NCBI GenBank assembly: GCA_947501605.1
Contig: CANMWZ010000011.1
Span: forward strand, 1 to 64,000
From: Planctomycetota bacterium
GTDB lineage: Bacteria; Planctomycetota; UBA1135; UBA2386
Reading direction: 5' to 3'
Length of the DNA stretch: 64,000 nt
The position numbers and the translations under genes were made by a program. Of the stretch, positions 1 through 9,801 are shown piece after piece. Position 1 is the first letter of the stretch; every line of letters starts with the position of its first letter. Under the pieces are notes generated by a model. The model was not told the origin of the DNA and ran no database searches. It worked only from the letters and a program-made list of their open reading frames with translations.

Positions 1-2601
1 GCCAGGGAAGTCCGCGATCGTTGCGATCTCGACCTTCTCTTGGTGGTAGGTCGAACTGCTGCGTTCCCGCAGCGAGGCATAGCTGCCCGCGGGCACCAGG
101 ACTTCCGCTTCCGCGGCCACATCCCCTGCGCGCACCAGCTCGCACCGATCAAACGCTAGAGCGCCGCCGTCGAGGATCTCGAACTGTAGCGAGCGCGCCT
201 TGCCGTGCGCGAAGTGCACAGGCACGGTGGCATCGATCGACAACCGCGCATCGGCAAACGGCAGCATCGTCAGCACTGCACCATCGACGGCAACGGCAAG
301 CACGCCGCGGCCGCGCAGGGCGCGAGCGCGCAGCCGCAGGTCGAACCGACCGGTCTCGCGCGGCAGCGTGAAGTCGAACTGCTGCGGCCACCGCGGCGCT
401 TCCCCGAACGCGAGCTGCGACGGCACGGCGCTGCGAGTCCGTTGCGATCCCGATTGAACCGGGAACGCGAACGCGTAACCACCCTCGCCGCGGCGGCCAC
501 CGCCGAGCAGGTCGAGTTCGAGCGTTCGCAGCTCCTCGGCATCGGGACGTCCACCGAAGAACCGAGTACGAACAAAGCTGTCGGCGATGCGGACGGCGCT
601 GGAGGCACCGTTGCTGCTGCTGGAGCCAAATCGTGCCAGGCCGGTGTTGTCCAACTCCAGGACTCCGCCGCTGCCCAACAGCCGGACGTGGTTATTGCGC
701 AACTGCACCACCGCAGCGCCCGCCGGAACGGTCTGCGCGAAGTCGGCGTGCACCTCTGGCAACAGCGCGCGCTGGGCACTGCGATAGCCGTCGAGGCCGG
801 TCGCCGTGCAACGCGCGGCAACCGCTGCGACCAGCGGTTCGCTCGAGACTCCATGGACGTAGGCCAAGGTGTCGCTTGCCAACGCCGCCGGCCGCTGGCT
901 CTGCCACAGCATCGCGCCACCGCGAAGGCGCCGCGTTCGAACGAAGTCCACCGCCTGCTGCGCGATCCAATCCGGATAGCTGCCGCCGGTGGTCGGCGCG
1001 GTTTCCCCGAACGCAAGAGGCAGCGTGACCGGCGTGCAATCGAGATACCCGAGCGGAAACCGCTCCGCCGGGAACCCATCGCGCCAGCCGTCAACGATGC
1101 CGAAGGCACGCAACTGGGACGGGCGACCATCGCGGGCGTCAAGCGCCCCGATGCCGCCACTGAGCACCGGCACGCCCTCGCCTACTCGGGTCACGTGCAC
1201 AGCGGGTTGGAAGTCCTGCAGCATCGCCGTACCGAGCCCGCGCTCGTCGTCAAACCACTCACGCAGCGCGACACCGTCGATGGCGCCGTCATGCAGCCGA
1301 CGCACATCGGCCCATTCGCGACCAAGGAACCGCAGGGACGCGAGTCGCACGCGCTTCTCCTGACCAAAGGGCGTCGAATCCAGCAGCGCCTCTACGAGCA
1401 TCCCTCGAGCGTGAGCCTCGTGAGTGATGCGCTCGACGCCAGCGTCGCTCCACCCAGTTGCGAAGGCCGAGCCGCGGTAGTCCTTCGGCTTGGCCAGCGG
1501 ATCGGCCTCGCCCCACGGCAGCGGCAAGCCCTGTTCGCGGTCGACGACGTCGAGCGAGAGCACAGAGGCTCCGGCCGCGTATGCCGGCAGCATGACCGAT
1601 TCGAGAACCTGCTCCGGCGTGCGCGCCGATGGCAAGCCACGCGTATCGCGGTCGTGTACGGCAGCAACGATGCCCCAGTGTGCGAGCAACGGAGCGCCGG
1701 GCACTTCGCGATCCAGGAGCTCCGGCAGCGGCAGCAGCGCGGCAGGCTGCGGTGAGCCAGGCAGTAACCAGTAGCCGACCTGCGCCGTCGCACGATCGCG
1801 GAGCAGCCACTCTGAGGCCTTCTGCACGAACGCATTGCCGTTCTGCGCCAGCACGGCGTCAGGCGCGATGACATCCGGCTCGAGTCCGAGTCCGAGCACC
1901 GCGCCTTCGCCACAGGTCCAGCGAATCAGCACGGCCGCGGGCTGCACCTCGCCTTGGCCGTCGCGTTCGAGGGCCAGTTGACCGAGCACCTCGCCCTGCG
2001 CCGGCGGTCCCGCCGAATAGAGACAGAGGGCCGCGTCCACCGGCGCACCACCGCAGAGGTAGAACGCGTGCTCGCGCTGCGGCGCCGACTGCATGCCGGC
2101 CACGAGTTCTGGCGCGCGACCCGACACGAGTTGGAATCCGAGCTTGGCTCGCCCTTCTGCGGTGCGTGAGTCGAAGCCCCAGCGAAACGTCGAGCGCACG
2201 TCGGGCGCACGGTCGTCGAGGCCGAGGTCGTGCGCGAGCGCAAGACCGTGGCCGAGCAGGAGCACGCGACCGCCGCGGTCGACGAAGGCACGGATCGCCG
2301 CCAAGGCCGCCTGGTCGAGCGCCTCGCGCGGCGGTCGCGGCCCGCCCGCGACGACCAGCGCGTCGAGTTCGAGCAAAGCGCTGGCGGCGGCCTCGCCGGC
2401 CCCCTTTCCGCTCGGAAAGGTCTGGCTGCGCAAGGTCGCCGCGCTGGTGACGGCGTGGGCGAGAGCCGGGGCGGGGAGCGATGTCGAGGTGGCGCCGTGA
2501 GGAGTGCGGCAGGACGTCAACAGGGCGATGGCCAAGACCCCAGAGGCCCGGGCTCGCCCCCTTGCGGCGAAACTGCTGTGCGTCGATCCCATCGTTGGCA
2601 T
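1..2601 (-). CDS. Large putative lipoprotein, 3'-truncated by the window edge (>860 aa); N-terminal class-I glutamine-amidotransferase-like domain followed by a possible glycoside-hydrolase-like TIM barrel
   Basis: Not in the ORF track because it has no stop in the window. Hand translation from ATG 2601 (alternative 2592): MPTMGSTHSS...VLAIALLTSC (lipobox), ...LDALVVAGG...AIRAFVDRGGRVLLLG..., later ...EAHARGMLVEALL...IDGVALREW. The + strand ORF 205..1755 is its in-register antisense shadow. Confidence 0.8.
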   Translation of the reverse strand, partial: MPTMGSTHSSFAARGRARASGVLAIALLTSCRTPHGATSTSLPAPALAHAVTSAATLRSQTFPSGKGAGEAAASALLELDALVVAGGPRPPREALDQAALAAIRAFVDRGGRVLLLGHGLALAHDLGLDDRAPDVRSTFRWGFDSRTAEGRAKLGFQLVSGRAPELVAGMQSAPQREHAFYLCGGAPVDAALCLYSAGPPAQGEVLGQLALERDGQGEVQPAAVLIRWTCGEGAVLGLGLEPDVIAPDAVLAQNGNAFVQKASEWLLRDRATAQVGYWLLPGSPQPAALLPLPELLDREVPGAPLLAHWGIVAAVHDRDTRGLPSARTPEQVLESVMLPAYAAGASVLSLDVVDREQGLPLPWGEADPLAKPKDYRGSAFATGWSDAGVERITHEAHARGMLVEALLDSTPFGQEKRVRLASLRFLGREWADVRRLHDGAIDGVALREWFDDERGLGTAMLQDFQPAVHVTRVGEGVPVLSGGIGALDARDGRPSQLRAFGIVDGWRDGFPAERFPLGYLDCTPVTLPLAFGETAPTTGGSYPDWIAQQAVDFVRTRRLRGGAMLWQSQRPAALASDTLAYVHGVSSEPLVAAVAARCTATGLDGYRSAQRALLPEVHADFAQTVPAGAAVVQLRNNHVRLLGSGGVLELDNTGLARFGSSSSNGASSAVRIADSFVRTRFFGGRPDAEELRTLELDLLGGGRRGEGGYAFAFPVQSGSQRTRSAVPSQLAFGEAPRWPQQFDFTLPRETGRFDLRLRARALRGRGVLAVAVDGAVLTMLPFADARLSIDATVPVHFAHGKARSLQFEILDGGALAFDRCELVRAGDVAAEAEVLVPAGSYASLRERSSSTYHQEKVEIATIADFPG

Positions 2602-2672
2602 CGGTGCATCGACAGCCGGACGCGAGAGCTTTAGCTCCGTTGCAAAAGTCGACACCGACGGGAGGGTAGCCC

Positions 2673-3443
2673 ATGGCGAACGGAGGCCTCGCGCGGTTCT
2701 CTGTCCGCGTGGTTCCACCTCTGCCGAACGAAGCCGATCGCCTCTACTTCCGTCAGCTCCTGGCCGGTCGCGACTTTGCCGTGGGTGACCCGGTGGCGAC
2801 GCAGATGCTGAACTTCGTCTATGTCATCGGCGACGCTGTGACCAAGGAGTGCGTACTGGTCGACCCGTGCTACGCGGTTGCCGACCTATTGAGGATCTGC
2901 ACGACTGCCGGCTACCGAGTGACCGGAGCCTTGGCGACGCATTACCACCCTGACCATGTCGGCGGCGACATGTACGGCCACAACCTCGAAGGCGTGCGCG
3001 AACTACTGTCGAAGTGCCCGTGCAAGATCCACGCGCAGCGACCCGAAGCACCGTGGATCCAACGCATCACTGGCTGCAGTGCGAGCGACCTTCAGCTCCA
3101 CGACAGCGGCGACGTGGTGAAGGTGGGCGAGATCCCGATCACACTGATTCACACCCCGGGCCACACGCCCGGTTCGCAGTGCTTCTTGGTGCAAGACAAG
3201 TTGGTGTCGGGCGACACCTTGTTCTTGCAAGGGTGCGGACGCACCGACCTACCAGGCGGCGATCCGCGCCAGCTCTACCTATCGCTGACCCAAAAACTCA
3301 GCAAGGTGCCGGACTCGACGGTGCTCTACCCCGGTCATCTCTACGACCCGCGCCCGTTTGCAAACCTCGGCGACACGCGAAAGACCAACTTCGTGTTTCA
3401 ACCCAAGAGCGAGGCCGAGTGGCTCTCGACGTTCGGCAACTGA
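2673..3443 (+). CDS. MBL-fold metallo-hydrolase (glyoxalase II-like)
   Basis: THYHPDHVGG, HTPGHTPGS, SGDTLF, GRTDLPGG and YPGH motifs; GGAG Shine-Dalgarno-like sequence upstream. Confidence 0.93.
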   Translation: MANGGLARFSVRVVPPLPNEADRLYFRQLLAGRDFAVGDPVATQMLNFVYVIGDAVTKECVLVDPCYAVADLLRICTTAGYRVTGALATHYHPDHVGGDMYGHNLEGVRELLSKCPCKIHAQRPEAPWIQRITGCSASDLQLHDSGDVVKVGEIPITLIHTPGHTPGSQCFLVQDKLVSGDTLFLQGCGRTDLPGGDPRQLYLSLTQKLSKVPDSTVLYPGHLYDPRPFANLGDTRKTNFVFQPKSEAEWLSTFGN

Positions 3444-3451
3444 CGCCCGCC

Positions 3452-3790
3452 ATGTCGCGCCTCGTCTACGACTCCGACCACGGCCGCATGTGCCCGAGGT
3501 GCCGAAAGGCCTCCGCGCAGTGTCGATGCGGCGAAGAGCTGTCGGCACCGAGCGGCGACGGCATCGTCCGGGTCCGTCGCGAAGTGCGGAACGGGAAGAC
3601 GTTGACCGTGGTGCTCGGCGTCCTGTTGCGCAAGCCGGAGCTCGAAGCGCTCGGCAAACAGCTGAAGGCGAAGTGTGGAACCGGCGGCACCGTCAAGGAC
3701 GGCGCCATCGAGTTGCAGGGCGACCATCGCGAACTGGTCGTCGGCTGCCTCGAAGCCAAGGGTCACACGGTCAAGCTCGCCGGCGGGTGA
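3452..3790 (+). CDS. yciH: SUI1/YciH translation initiation factor homologue with N-terminal Cys cluster
   Basis: MSRLVYDSD...CPRC...CRC...LKAKCGTGGTVKDGAIELQGDHR...VKLAGG; true start is ATG 3452 inside ORF 3014..3790. Confidence 0.92.
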   Translation: MSRLVYDSDHGRMCPRCRKASAQCRCGEELSAPSGDGIVRVRREVRNGKTLTVVLGVLLRKPELEALGKQLKAKCGTGGTVKDGAIELQGDHRELVVGCLEAKGHTVKLAGG

Positions 3791-3898
3791 TCCTCGTGGC
3801 CATCGACCGCGAGCCGCCCCAGTAGAGAAACCGTCGAGAAGTGGTGTTCCAGCTGCTCTGCAAGCGAGGCCGAGCGACGACGGTCGAGGGCCGGAGCC

Positions 3899-4447
3899 CT
3901 AGGCGATGATGTCATCCACCGACGAACGATCGACGTCGAGGATGCACACCACGCGCGGCTCGGTGCCGAAGTTTGCGGCCTCATGCGTCGCTTGCCCGTC
4001 GAACACCATGCACTTGCCGGGACCCCAATGGATCGTCGTACCAGCGACACGCATGCCCGATTGCGGGTTGGTGAAGATGCCGAGGTGACAACGCAGCAAG
4101 TCGAGTTCGCCATTGCGGCCGTCGTTGTGCGGCACGATGTGCGTCCCGGGCAACATCATCGAGAACGCAGCGCGCTCGACACCCTTGATGCGGCTGATGA
4201 TGCTCGCGGTGTTGGGCAAGCGCTTGGCGTGATCGGCACAGGCGCCCGCCAAGTGCCAACTCGGGTCGCGGCTATAGAAGACGTAGGTCTTCCATCCACC
4301 GGTGTAGCCTTCCTTCTGCGGCCACTCGTCGTAGTCCTCCACCGTCAGCTTGCTGGCTTCCGCGAGGATCTGCGGGAAGTGCTCCTCCAAGTATCGCGTG
4401 AACGGAAACGTCGGCGTTTCCCAGAGCATCTGCGGTTCGGTCGTCAT
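3899..4447 (-). CDS. Aspartyl/asparaginyl beta-hydroxylase (LpxO-like) Fe(II)/2-oxoglutarate dioxygenase
   Basis: FSMMLPGTHIVPHND, LRCHLGI and VFDGQATHEAAN (HxD...H triad). Confidence 0.88.
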   Translation of the reverse strand: MTTEPQMLWETPTFPFTRYLEEHFPQILAEASKLTVEDYDEWPQKEGYTGGWKTYVFYSRDPSWHLAGACADHAKRLPNTASIISRIKGVERAAFSMMLPGTHIVPHNDGRNGELDLLRCHLGIFTNPQSGMRVAGTTIHWGPGKCMVFDGQATHEAANFGTEPRVVCILDVDRSSVDDIIA

Positions 4448-4570
4448 GGCGGCGTGTGGAGGATGGTCGAGCTCATCGAGCGCAGGGTCAAGGGGGCAAG
4501 CCGAAGCTGTCGTTCGACACTCAGAGTTGATTCGCTGGAATCCGCTCGGCCAGCCAGCGGACGCGCCGGT

Positions 4571-5782
4571 TCAAAGTCGCGGATCCTCCCACCCCGGCTC
4601 GAAGAACCCGCGCTCGACGATTTCCCAGACCAGCAGCTTGGCTTTTGGCAGCGACGAGAGCTCGTCCAAGGCGGCCGCAATGGACGGAAGGCCGGTGGCA
4701 CCGTCGCGTTCGATCGCGTGCACGGAACGGCGCAGCGCGAGGCGTAGAGCCGCGCCACCGCTGCTCTTGCTGAAACTCGTGCCCGCGAGAACGACCTCGG
4801 CATCGCGGTCGGAGGCAGGAAGTTCGCGCAGTCCATCCGGACCATTTCGCAGAACCTGATAACTGCGGTACGGCTCCAGCAATCCAAACGTCAAGGCACT
4901 GGCAGGGAGGCAACGCGGCGGCGGCCCCGGCACATCGATGGCAAGGAACCCGGCGCTGCCGACCAGGTCGCCGAGGACCGAGACCTCGTGCTGAGCCCCC
5001 AGAACCACGTCCTGGCGGGCAGCAAGCGTCCGATCGAGACCCGCCGCGGTGATCGCCGCCGCCACAGCGCCGGCGGCCGCCAGCGCCCCGATCGGTTCCC
5101 AATGCGAATCTCGCGGTTTGTAGACCGGCGCGTCCTGCGCCGCTCGCGCCTGCACGAGCACCGATTGCAGATCCACGGTCGCGATGCCGACTTCGCCCAG
5201 ATCGGCCAACAGCTCGCCGTACAGCGGTCGCATCGACTCTGGCATCTCCGACCCCTCGAAGGCGAGATCGGCATAGACGCGTTCTTTGTCGGGCACCACC
5301 ATCACGAACAGTCGCAGACCGGCACCCTCGACGCGCGCTGCCACGGCCCGCAGCATCGACAAGCGCTTGGCTCGGCGCGCGCGCAACTGCGCTGGATCAC
5401 GCCGCATGTTGGCGGCAGAAAACAACCAGCCGTCACGACCGAAGTGCACCTCGCGACTCTGCGGCACACCGAGCCGGAAGAGCATCTCGTTCCAGGTGCC
5501 GCGCAGCCAATACGTCACTGGTGAGGCCTCGCGCAGATAGCGCTCCATCGCCGTCATCCAGGTGCCGTCCAGCACGTTCGCGATGGACGCCGCCGGCGCT
5601 GGCACGTAGCTGCGGGTGCGAAACACCGGTTCGCCGTGACCGAGCACGAGGTGCCAAAGCAGGTGACAGGCGGGCACCCAGAGTGTGATCGCAGCAGCAA
5701 AGACCAGCACGTGCCACCGCACGGCCCACTGGCCCGGCGTCTGCGCGCGCTCCTCGGTCCGAGATGGCAGCGTCGTGGTCAT
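4571..5782 (-). CDS. AlgJ/AlgX-family SGNH O-acetyltransferase
   Basis: Start MTTTLPS overlaps the MBOAT stop (TGATG); N-terminal TM, GRDGWLF, VVPDKERVY, RDSHWEPIGA, VLAGTSFS and LVWEIVER motifs. Confidence 0.87.
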   Translation of the reverse strand: MTTTLPSRTEERAQTPGQWAVRWHVLVFAAAITLWVPACHLLWHLVLGHGEPVFRTRSYVPAPAASIANVLDGTWMTAMERYLREASPVTYWLRGTWNEMLFRLGVPQSREVHFGRDGWLFSAANMRRDPAQLRARRAKRLSMLRAVAARVEGAGLRLFVMVVPDKERVYADLAFEGSEMPESMRPLYGELLADLGEVGIATVDLQSVLVQARAAQDAPVYKPRDSHWEPIGALAAAGAVAAAITAAGLDRTLAARQDVVLGAQHEVSVLGDLVGSAGFLAIDVPGPPPRCLPASALTFGLLEPYRSYQVLRNGPDGLRELPASDRDAEVVLAGTSFSKSSGGAALRLALRRSVHAIERDGATGLPSIAAALDELSSLPKAKLLVWEIVERGFFEPGWEDPRL

Positions 5783-7161
5783 CAGAACTGAAAGTAGAGG
5801 AACGGGACGAAGTCGCTGGCGAGCAGTTGTCCGATCGCGGCGACGAACGCGACGAACACGAACAACATCACCAGCGGATGAAATCGTCGCACCAGCATCT
5901 CGCTGCGCGGCAGCGCGAAGGCGACGACCACGCCAAGGACGAGCGCCGAGTAGGCAATGCCCTGTTGCTGCCCCATCGCAGGCAACCAACCGAATCCGTG
6001 CCCACCAACCATGCCACTCCACATGGTCATCACCTCGCCGACGCCATGGCCACGGAACAGCACCCAACCGAACACCACGACGACGAAGGTCAGCAGCACT
6101 TGCAACGGCCGTGGCAAGAAGTCGTACGGCACAGCCTTGCCACGCACGCGTTCGAGCACGAGCCAGAGAGCCTGCCAGCCACCCCACAGCAAGAACGTCC
6201 ACTGCGCTCCATGCCAGAGCCCACCGAGCAACATCGTCACCACGAGATTGACGTAGGTGCGCCCCGATCCGAGCCGATTGCCACCGAGCGGCACATAGAG
6301 GTAGTCGCGCAGCCACGTCGACAAGCTGATGTGCCAGCGCCGCCAGAACTCGGTGATGCTGTGCGCGCGATAGGGCGAGGCGAAGTTCTCGGGGAAGTGA
6401 AACCCGAGCATGCGGCCGAGCCCGACGGCCATGTCGCTATAGCCCGAGAAGTCGAAGTAGATCTGCACGGCGTAGGCGACCGCGCCGATCCACGAGGTCA
6501 CGAAGCCAGGATCGCCTTGCCCGAACACCGAATCCGCGATCGGCGCCACGCGGTCGGCAATGAGTACCTTCTTGACGAAGCCGATGGCGAACAACATCAC
6601 CCCGTCGGTGAAACCGACGAAGCTCGTCTGACGCGCGTGGAGATCGCTCTCGACATCCCGAAAGCGCACGATCGGTCCAGCAACGAGCTGCGGAAACAAC
6701 GACACGAAACACAGCAAGTCGAGGAACGAACGCACCGGCTTCACCTCGCCGCGGTAGACGTCGATCGTGTAGCTCATCGACTGGAACGTGAAGAACGAGA
6801 TGCCCACGGGCAGCAGAACTTCGTCCCATGCGATCGGCCAGGGCGCGACATCGTTCCAGGTGGCCGCCAGCAGATTCGCGTACTTGAACCACGCCAGCAG
6901 ACCGAGGTTGCTGACAATCGAGATCCACAGCAGGGCGCGCCGATGCCGGCTCGTCCCTGGTTCGCCCATCGCCCGCGCAGCGCCGTAGTCGATCGCGATG
7001 CTCAGCAGCATCAACCCCAAGTAGTGCGGGCGCCACCAACCGTAGAACGCGAGGCTGCCGAGCGTGATCCAGAGGTTGCGCCAACGGATCGGCAGCGCGA
7101 AGTAGATCGGCAGGAACGCCGGCAAGAACCAGAACAGGAACAGGAACGATGCAAAGACCAT
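5782..7161 (-). CDS. algI: MBOAT family O-acyltransferase (AlgI/DltB-like)
   Basis: MVFASFLFLFWFLP, LPVGISFFTFQ, FPQLVAGPI, IYFDFSGYSDMA, FWRRWHISLS, GLWHGA and C-terminal PFLYFQF. Confidence 0.93.
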   Translation of the reverse strand: MVFASFLFLFWFLPAFLPIYFALPIRWRNLWITLGSLAFYGWWRPHYLGLMLLSIAIDYGAARAMGEPGTSRHRRALLWISIVSNLGLLAWFKYANLLAATWNDVAPWPIAWDEVLLPVGISFFTFQSMSYTIDVYRGEVKPVRSFLDLLCFVSLFPQLVAGPIVRFRDVESDLHARQTSFVGFTDGVMLFAIGFVKKVLIADRVAPIADSVFGQGDPGFVTSWIGAVAYAVQIYFDFSGYSDMAVGLGRMLGFHFPENFASPYRAHSITEFWRRWHISLSTWLRDYLYVPLGGNRLGSGRTYVNLVVTMLLGGLWHGAQWTFLLWGGWQALWLVLERVRGKAVPYDFLPRPLQVLLTFVVVVFGWVLFRGHGVGEVMTMWSGMVGGHGFGWLPAMGQQQGIAYSALVLGVVVAFALPRSEMLVRRFHPLVMLFVFVAFVAAIGQLLASDFVPFLYFQF

Positions 7162-7293
7162 TTTGGAGGTCTCAGCCGCAGTCCACCAGGTTGCTCGGCA
7201 CGGGGCGCAGCATGCCGAGGTCGCGGCCTCTTGGCACCTGCTCGTCTCGAATACCAAGGTAACGCGGGCGGTGCGACACACCGCAACCAGCGC

Positions 7294-8331
7294 CTACTGC
7301 ACGGCGCGCAACAGCCCTTCCGCGGCCGCCACACCGCTGCGAAATCCGCCCTCGACCAGGCCCCCAGCGAGCGCATCCGACGCGAGCGCCAAACCTTGCT
7401 CGAGGTCGACCACCGCGGCGTCCGGCACGCAGGTGCCGCTGGCTACGGCGTAGCGCCAGCGGTGCCCCTTGCAGTGGACCATCGCCGGCAACGGCACGGC
7501 GAGCGCGCGCTCGAACGCAGCGACCAGTTCGCGCGCCGACGACTCTGGATCGCTTTCGAGCCGCTGCAAGGACCATTCTGGCGTCGCCTGCAGGACGTAG
7601 TTCGGTGTGCCATTGCGACCGGGCTTGCCGCCATCGTGCGCCGCAAAAGCCAAGGCCTCATCGGTCACGAACAACCCACCCTCTGCCTCGGGCACGACCC
7701 GTTCGAAGGCGATCATTGCGCAAAGGCATGGTCGCAACGAATCGCGCAGTGTGAATGCGGCAGCAGCGGCCAATCCGAACAGGCAACTCTGGGTCAGCAG
7801 CTGATGGGCCTGCGCCACCGGCACGGCCAGCAAGACCGCCGAGAACGGCCCACGCACCAATGCCTGTCCGGTGGAGTCCCGGCCACCGAGCCACCAGCCA
7901 TCGCCGCCACGTTGCAGCCTCTCGACGCGAACCCGGCACTGCACGACGACGCCGCGAACGAGGTCCTGCACCAGGTCCCGCGCCAGTTGGCGCGGCAGCA
8001 TGGACATGCGCGGAACGGCGACTTCGCGCACGGCGTGCTCGCAGGGATCGCTGCCGAAGCTCCCGTTCAGCAACGTGCGAAACGGGCCGTTCCAGACCTG
8101 CACCAGCCCCTGGGCACGCAACGGCGCGATCGCGGCGTCGAAGCCTGGGTCGCGCACCGTGAAGTACTGGGCTCCATGGTCAAACTGCAGCAGGCCGTCG
8201 CGACGCGTCGCGACACGCCCGCCAAGCCCTCGGCCCTTGTCGAAAATCTCGATCTCCACGCCGGCTCGGCGCAGCGTTCGCGCCGCAGCAATGCCGCCGA
8301 TCCCGGCGCCGACGATCGCGACAGTATTCAT
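7294..8331 (-). CDS. Renalase-like NAD(P)/FAD-dependent oxidoreductase
   Basis: VAIVGAGIGG, FDKGRGLGGRVATRR, FDHGAQYFT and HRWRYA motifs. Confidence 0.9.
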   Translation of the reverse strand: MNTVAIVGAGIGGIAAARTLRRAGVEIEIFDKGRGLGGRVATRRDGLLQFDHGAQYFTVRDPGFDAAIAPLRAQGLVQVWNGPFRTLLNGSFGSDPCEHAVREVAVPRMSMLPRQLARDLVQDLVRGVVVQCRVRVERLQRGGDGWWLGGRDSTGQALVRGPFSAVLLAVPVAQAHQLLTQSCLFGLAAAAAFTLRDSLRPCLCAMIAFERVVPEAEGGLFVTDEALAFAAHDGGKPGRNGTPNYVLQATPEWSLQRLESDPESSARELVAAFERALAVPLPAMVHCKGHRWRYAVASGTCVPDAAVVDLEQGLALASDALAGGLVEGGFRSGVAAAEGLLRAVQ

Positions 8332-8634
8332 CGTGGTCTACCGAGCTACTTCTCGAGCTAGTTCTCCAGGCCCGCGCCAGCAGACGCGGACGGTGCGCGA
8401 AAAGGCGCCCACCGGGCCTTCTCGAAGCCGCAAAGGGGCACGGCGCGGCCACGACAGGAAGGCGAAGTCCGCGATGTCCACGCCCTTGGCCAACAACGCC
8501 CGAGCCCTCCCGGAAGCGCTCGCCGCGAGCGGGGCTGCCGCTTCTGCTCTGCGGCTTTCCAGCGGGCTGGGACGAAGCCCGCATCGGCGTGAGATCGCCT
8601 TTGTCCAGGCGCTGCGTACACGGCCTGCGTGCGC

Positions 8635-8943
8635 CTACTTTCGGACCATGTGGAAGGGCCGGAACACTTCGTCGAAGCCATACCAATAGGCGCCAAAGTT
8701 GCGGAACACCGTCGGGTCGTAGTTGACGCCGTTGTAAATCGCGACGAAGGGCCCGGCGATCGCCCCACCGATGAAGGTGAACGGCATCCAGTACCACTGG
8801 TGCGGCTGCAGGCCCTCGCGGCAGAGGTCGACCCCGCCCGTGATCGGGCTGAAGGCGGTGCCGGCAATGGTGGCGCAAGCTCCAAACGGCAGACACAGGG
8901 CGAGCAGCGCAGCAGGAACAAAACGGCGGACGCGTGCAATCAT
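8635..8943 (-). CDS. Small putative lipoprotein
   Basis: Signal peptide ending PFGAC, hydrophobic WYWMPFTFIGG segment, good codon usage, -10-like CACGAT 8 nt upstream. Confidence 0.72.
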   Translation of the reverse strand: MIARVRRFVPAALLALCLPFGACATIAGTAFSPITGGVDLCREGLQPHQWYWMPFTFIGGAIAGPFVAIYNGVNYDPTVFRNFGAYWYGFDEVFRPFHMVRK

Positions 8944-9068
8944 GGCGGCGAATCGTGGCAGAAACCGGCCGTGCAGGGCAAGCGGCTACGTGCGGCGATG
9001 CGTGTTTCAAAGCCAGACCGGCAAGGGTCCGTGCACGACGTGGCCCAATTGCTATCCTCCTCGCCCCG

Positions 9069-9779
9069 ATGGCCGCCGACCCGCTTCCCGATTCTCACAA
9101 CGCTCGCATGCACCAGGGCGGCAAGCTGTCGTTCCGTGCGCGCATCAAAGACGCCGACGGCGACCCGGGCGACCGGCTTGTGTTGGGCGGCAAGAACCCG
9201 CCGCAGTTGTTCGACCTGTGCCCCGACGACGGCTGCCCGATCGAGATCGAGATCGGGCCCGGCAAGGGCGCGTTTGTGGTCGCCTCCACCGAAGCCCGAC
9301 CGGAGACCTTCGTGCTCGGCATCGAAGCCGCACCGGGCTATGCGCAGCACGCGGCCGCCAAGCTGTTCGCGACGGGGCGCAGAAACGGCATCTTCCTGGT
9401 CGACAACGGCAAGCTCTACCTGGAGGACCGCGTTCCCGAGGCGGCGTTGCATGCGGTTCACGTCTACTTCCCCGATCCTTGGCCCAAGCGACGCCACAGC
9501 GGCCGACGCTTCTTTACGGACGAGGTCACGTCGGTGCTTGCGGGTGTCGTGCGCGACCATGGTTTCGTGTTCGCGGCCACCGACAACGCGGCCTACGGCG
9601 GTCAGATCGCTCGGGTCATGGGTGGCTCGACAGAGTTCGTTTTCGACGAAGACGAGCGCGATGGCCGCATCCACCAAGGCGAGGGCCACGCCTTCTCGCC
9701 AACCAACTTCGAGCGCAAGTACATCGAAGAGGGCCGCATCATCCGCCGCTACGCGTTCCGCCGCCTGCCTCGCAGTTGA
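9069..9779 (+). CDS. trmB: tRNA (guanine-N7)-methyltransferase
   Basis: IEIEIGPGKG, VLGIE, YFPDPWPKRRH, ATDN and TNFERKY motifs. Confidence 0.9.
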   Translation: MAADPLPDSHNARMHQGGKLSFRARIKDADGDPGDRLVLGGKNPPQLFDLCPDDGCPIEIEIGPGKGAFVVASTEARPETFVLGIEAAPGYAQHAAAKLFATGRRNGIFLVDNGKLYLEDRVPEAALHAVHVYFPDPWPKRRHSGRRFFTDEVTSVLAGVVRDHGFVFAATDNAAYGGQIARVMGGSTEFVFDEDERDGRIHQGEGHAFSPTNFERKYIEEGRIIRRYAFRRLPRS

Positions 9780-9801
9780 TCGCGCAGAAAAGCACGACAC
9801 C

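Noticed and set aside
205..1755. 516-aa + strand ORF, and similar long ORFs such as 5764..8361, 14087..15769, 38838..40562, 56273..58486 and 61457..63316
   Set aside because: Antisense or off-frame shadows of recognisable genes; expected in high-GC DNA with few stop codons.
7162..7293. Riboswitch in the structured leader of the MBOAT gene (CTCGGCA...TGCCGAG hairpin)
   Set aside because: The hairpin is real but matches no riboswitch consensus I can recognise; an Rfam scan is needed.
8332..8634. Small CDS in the gap between the renalase-like and lipoprotein genes
   Set aside because: All frames read as low-complexity shadow sequence with no credible start or domain.
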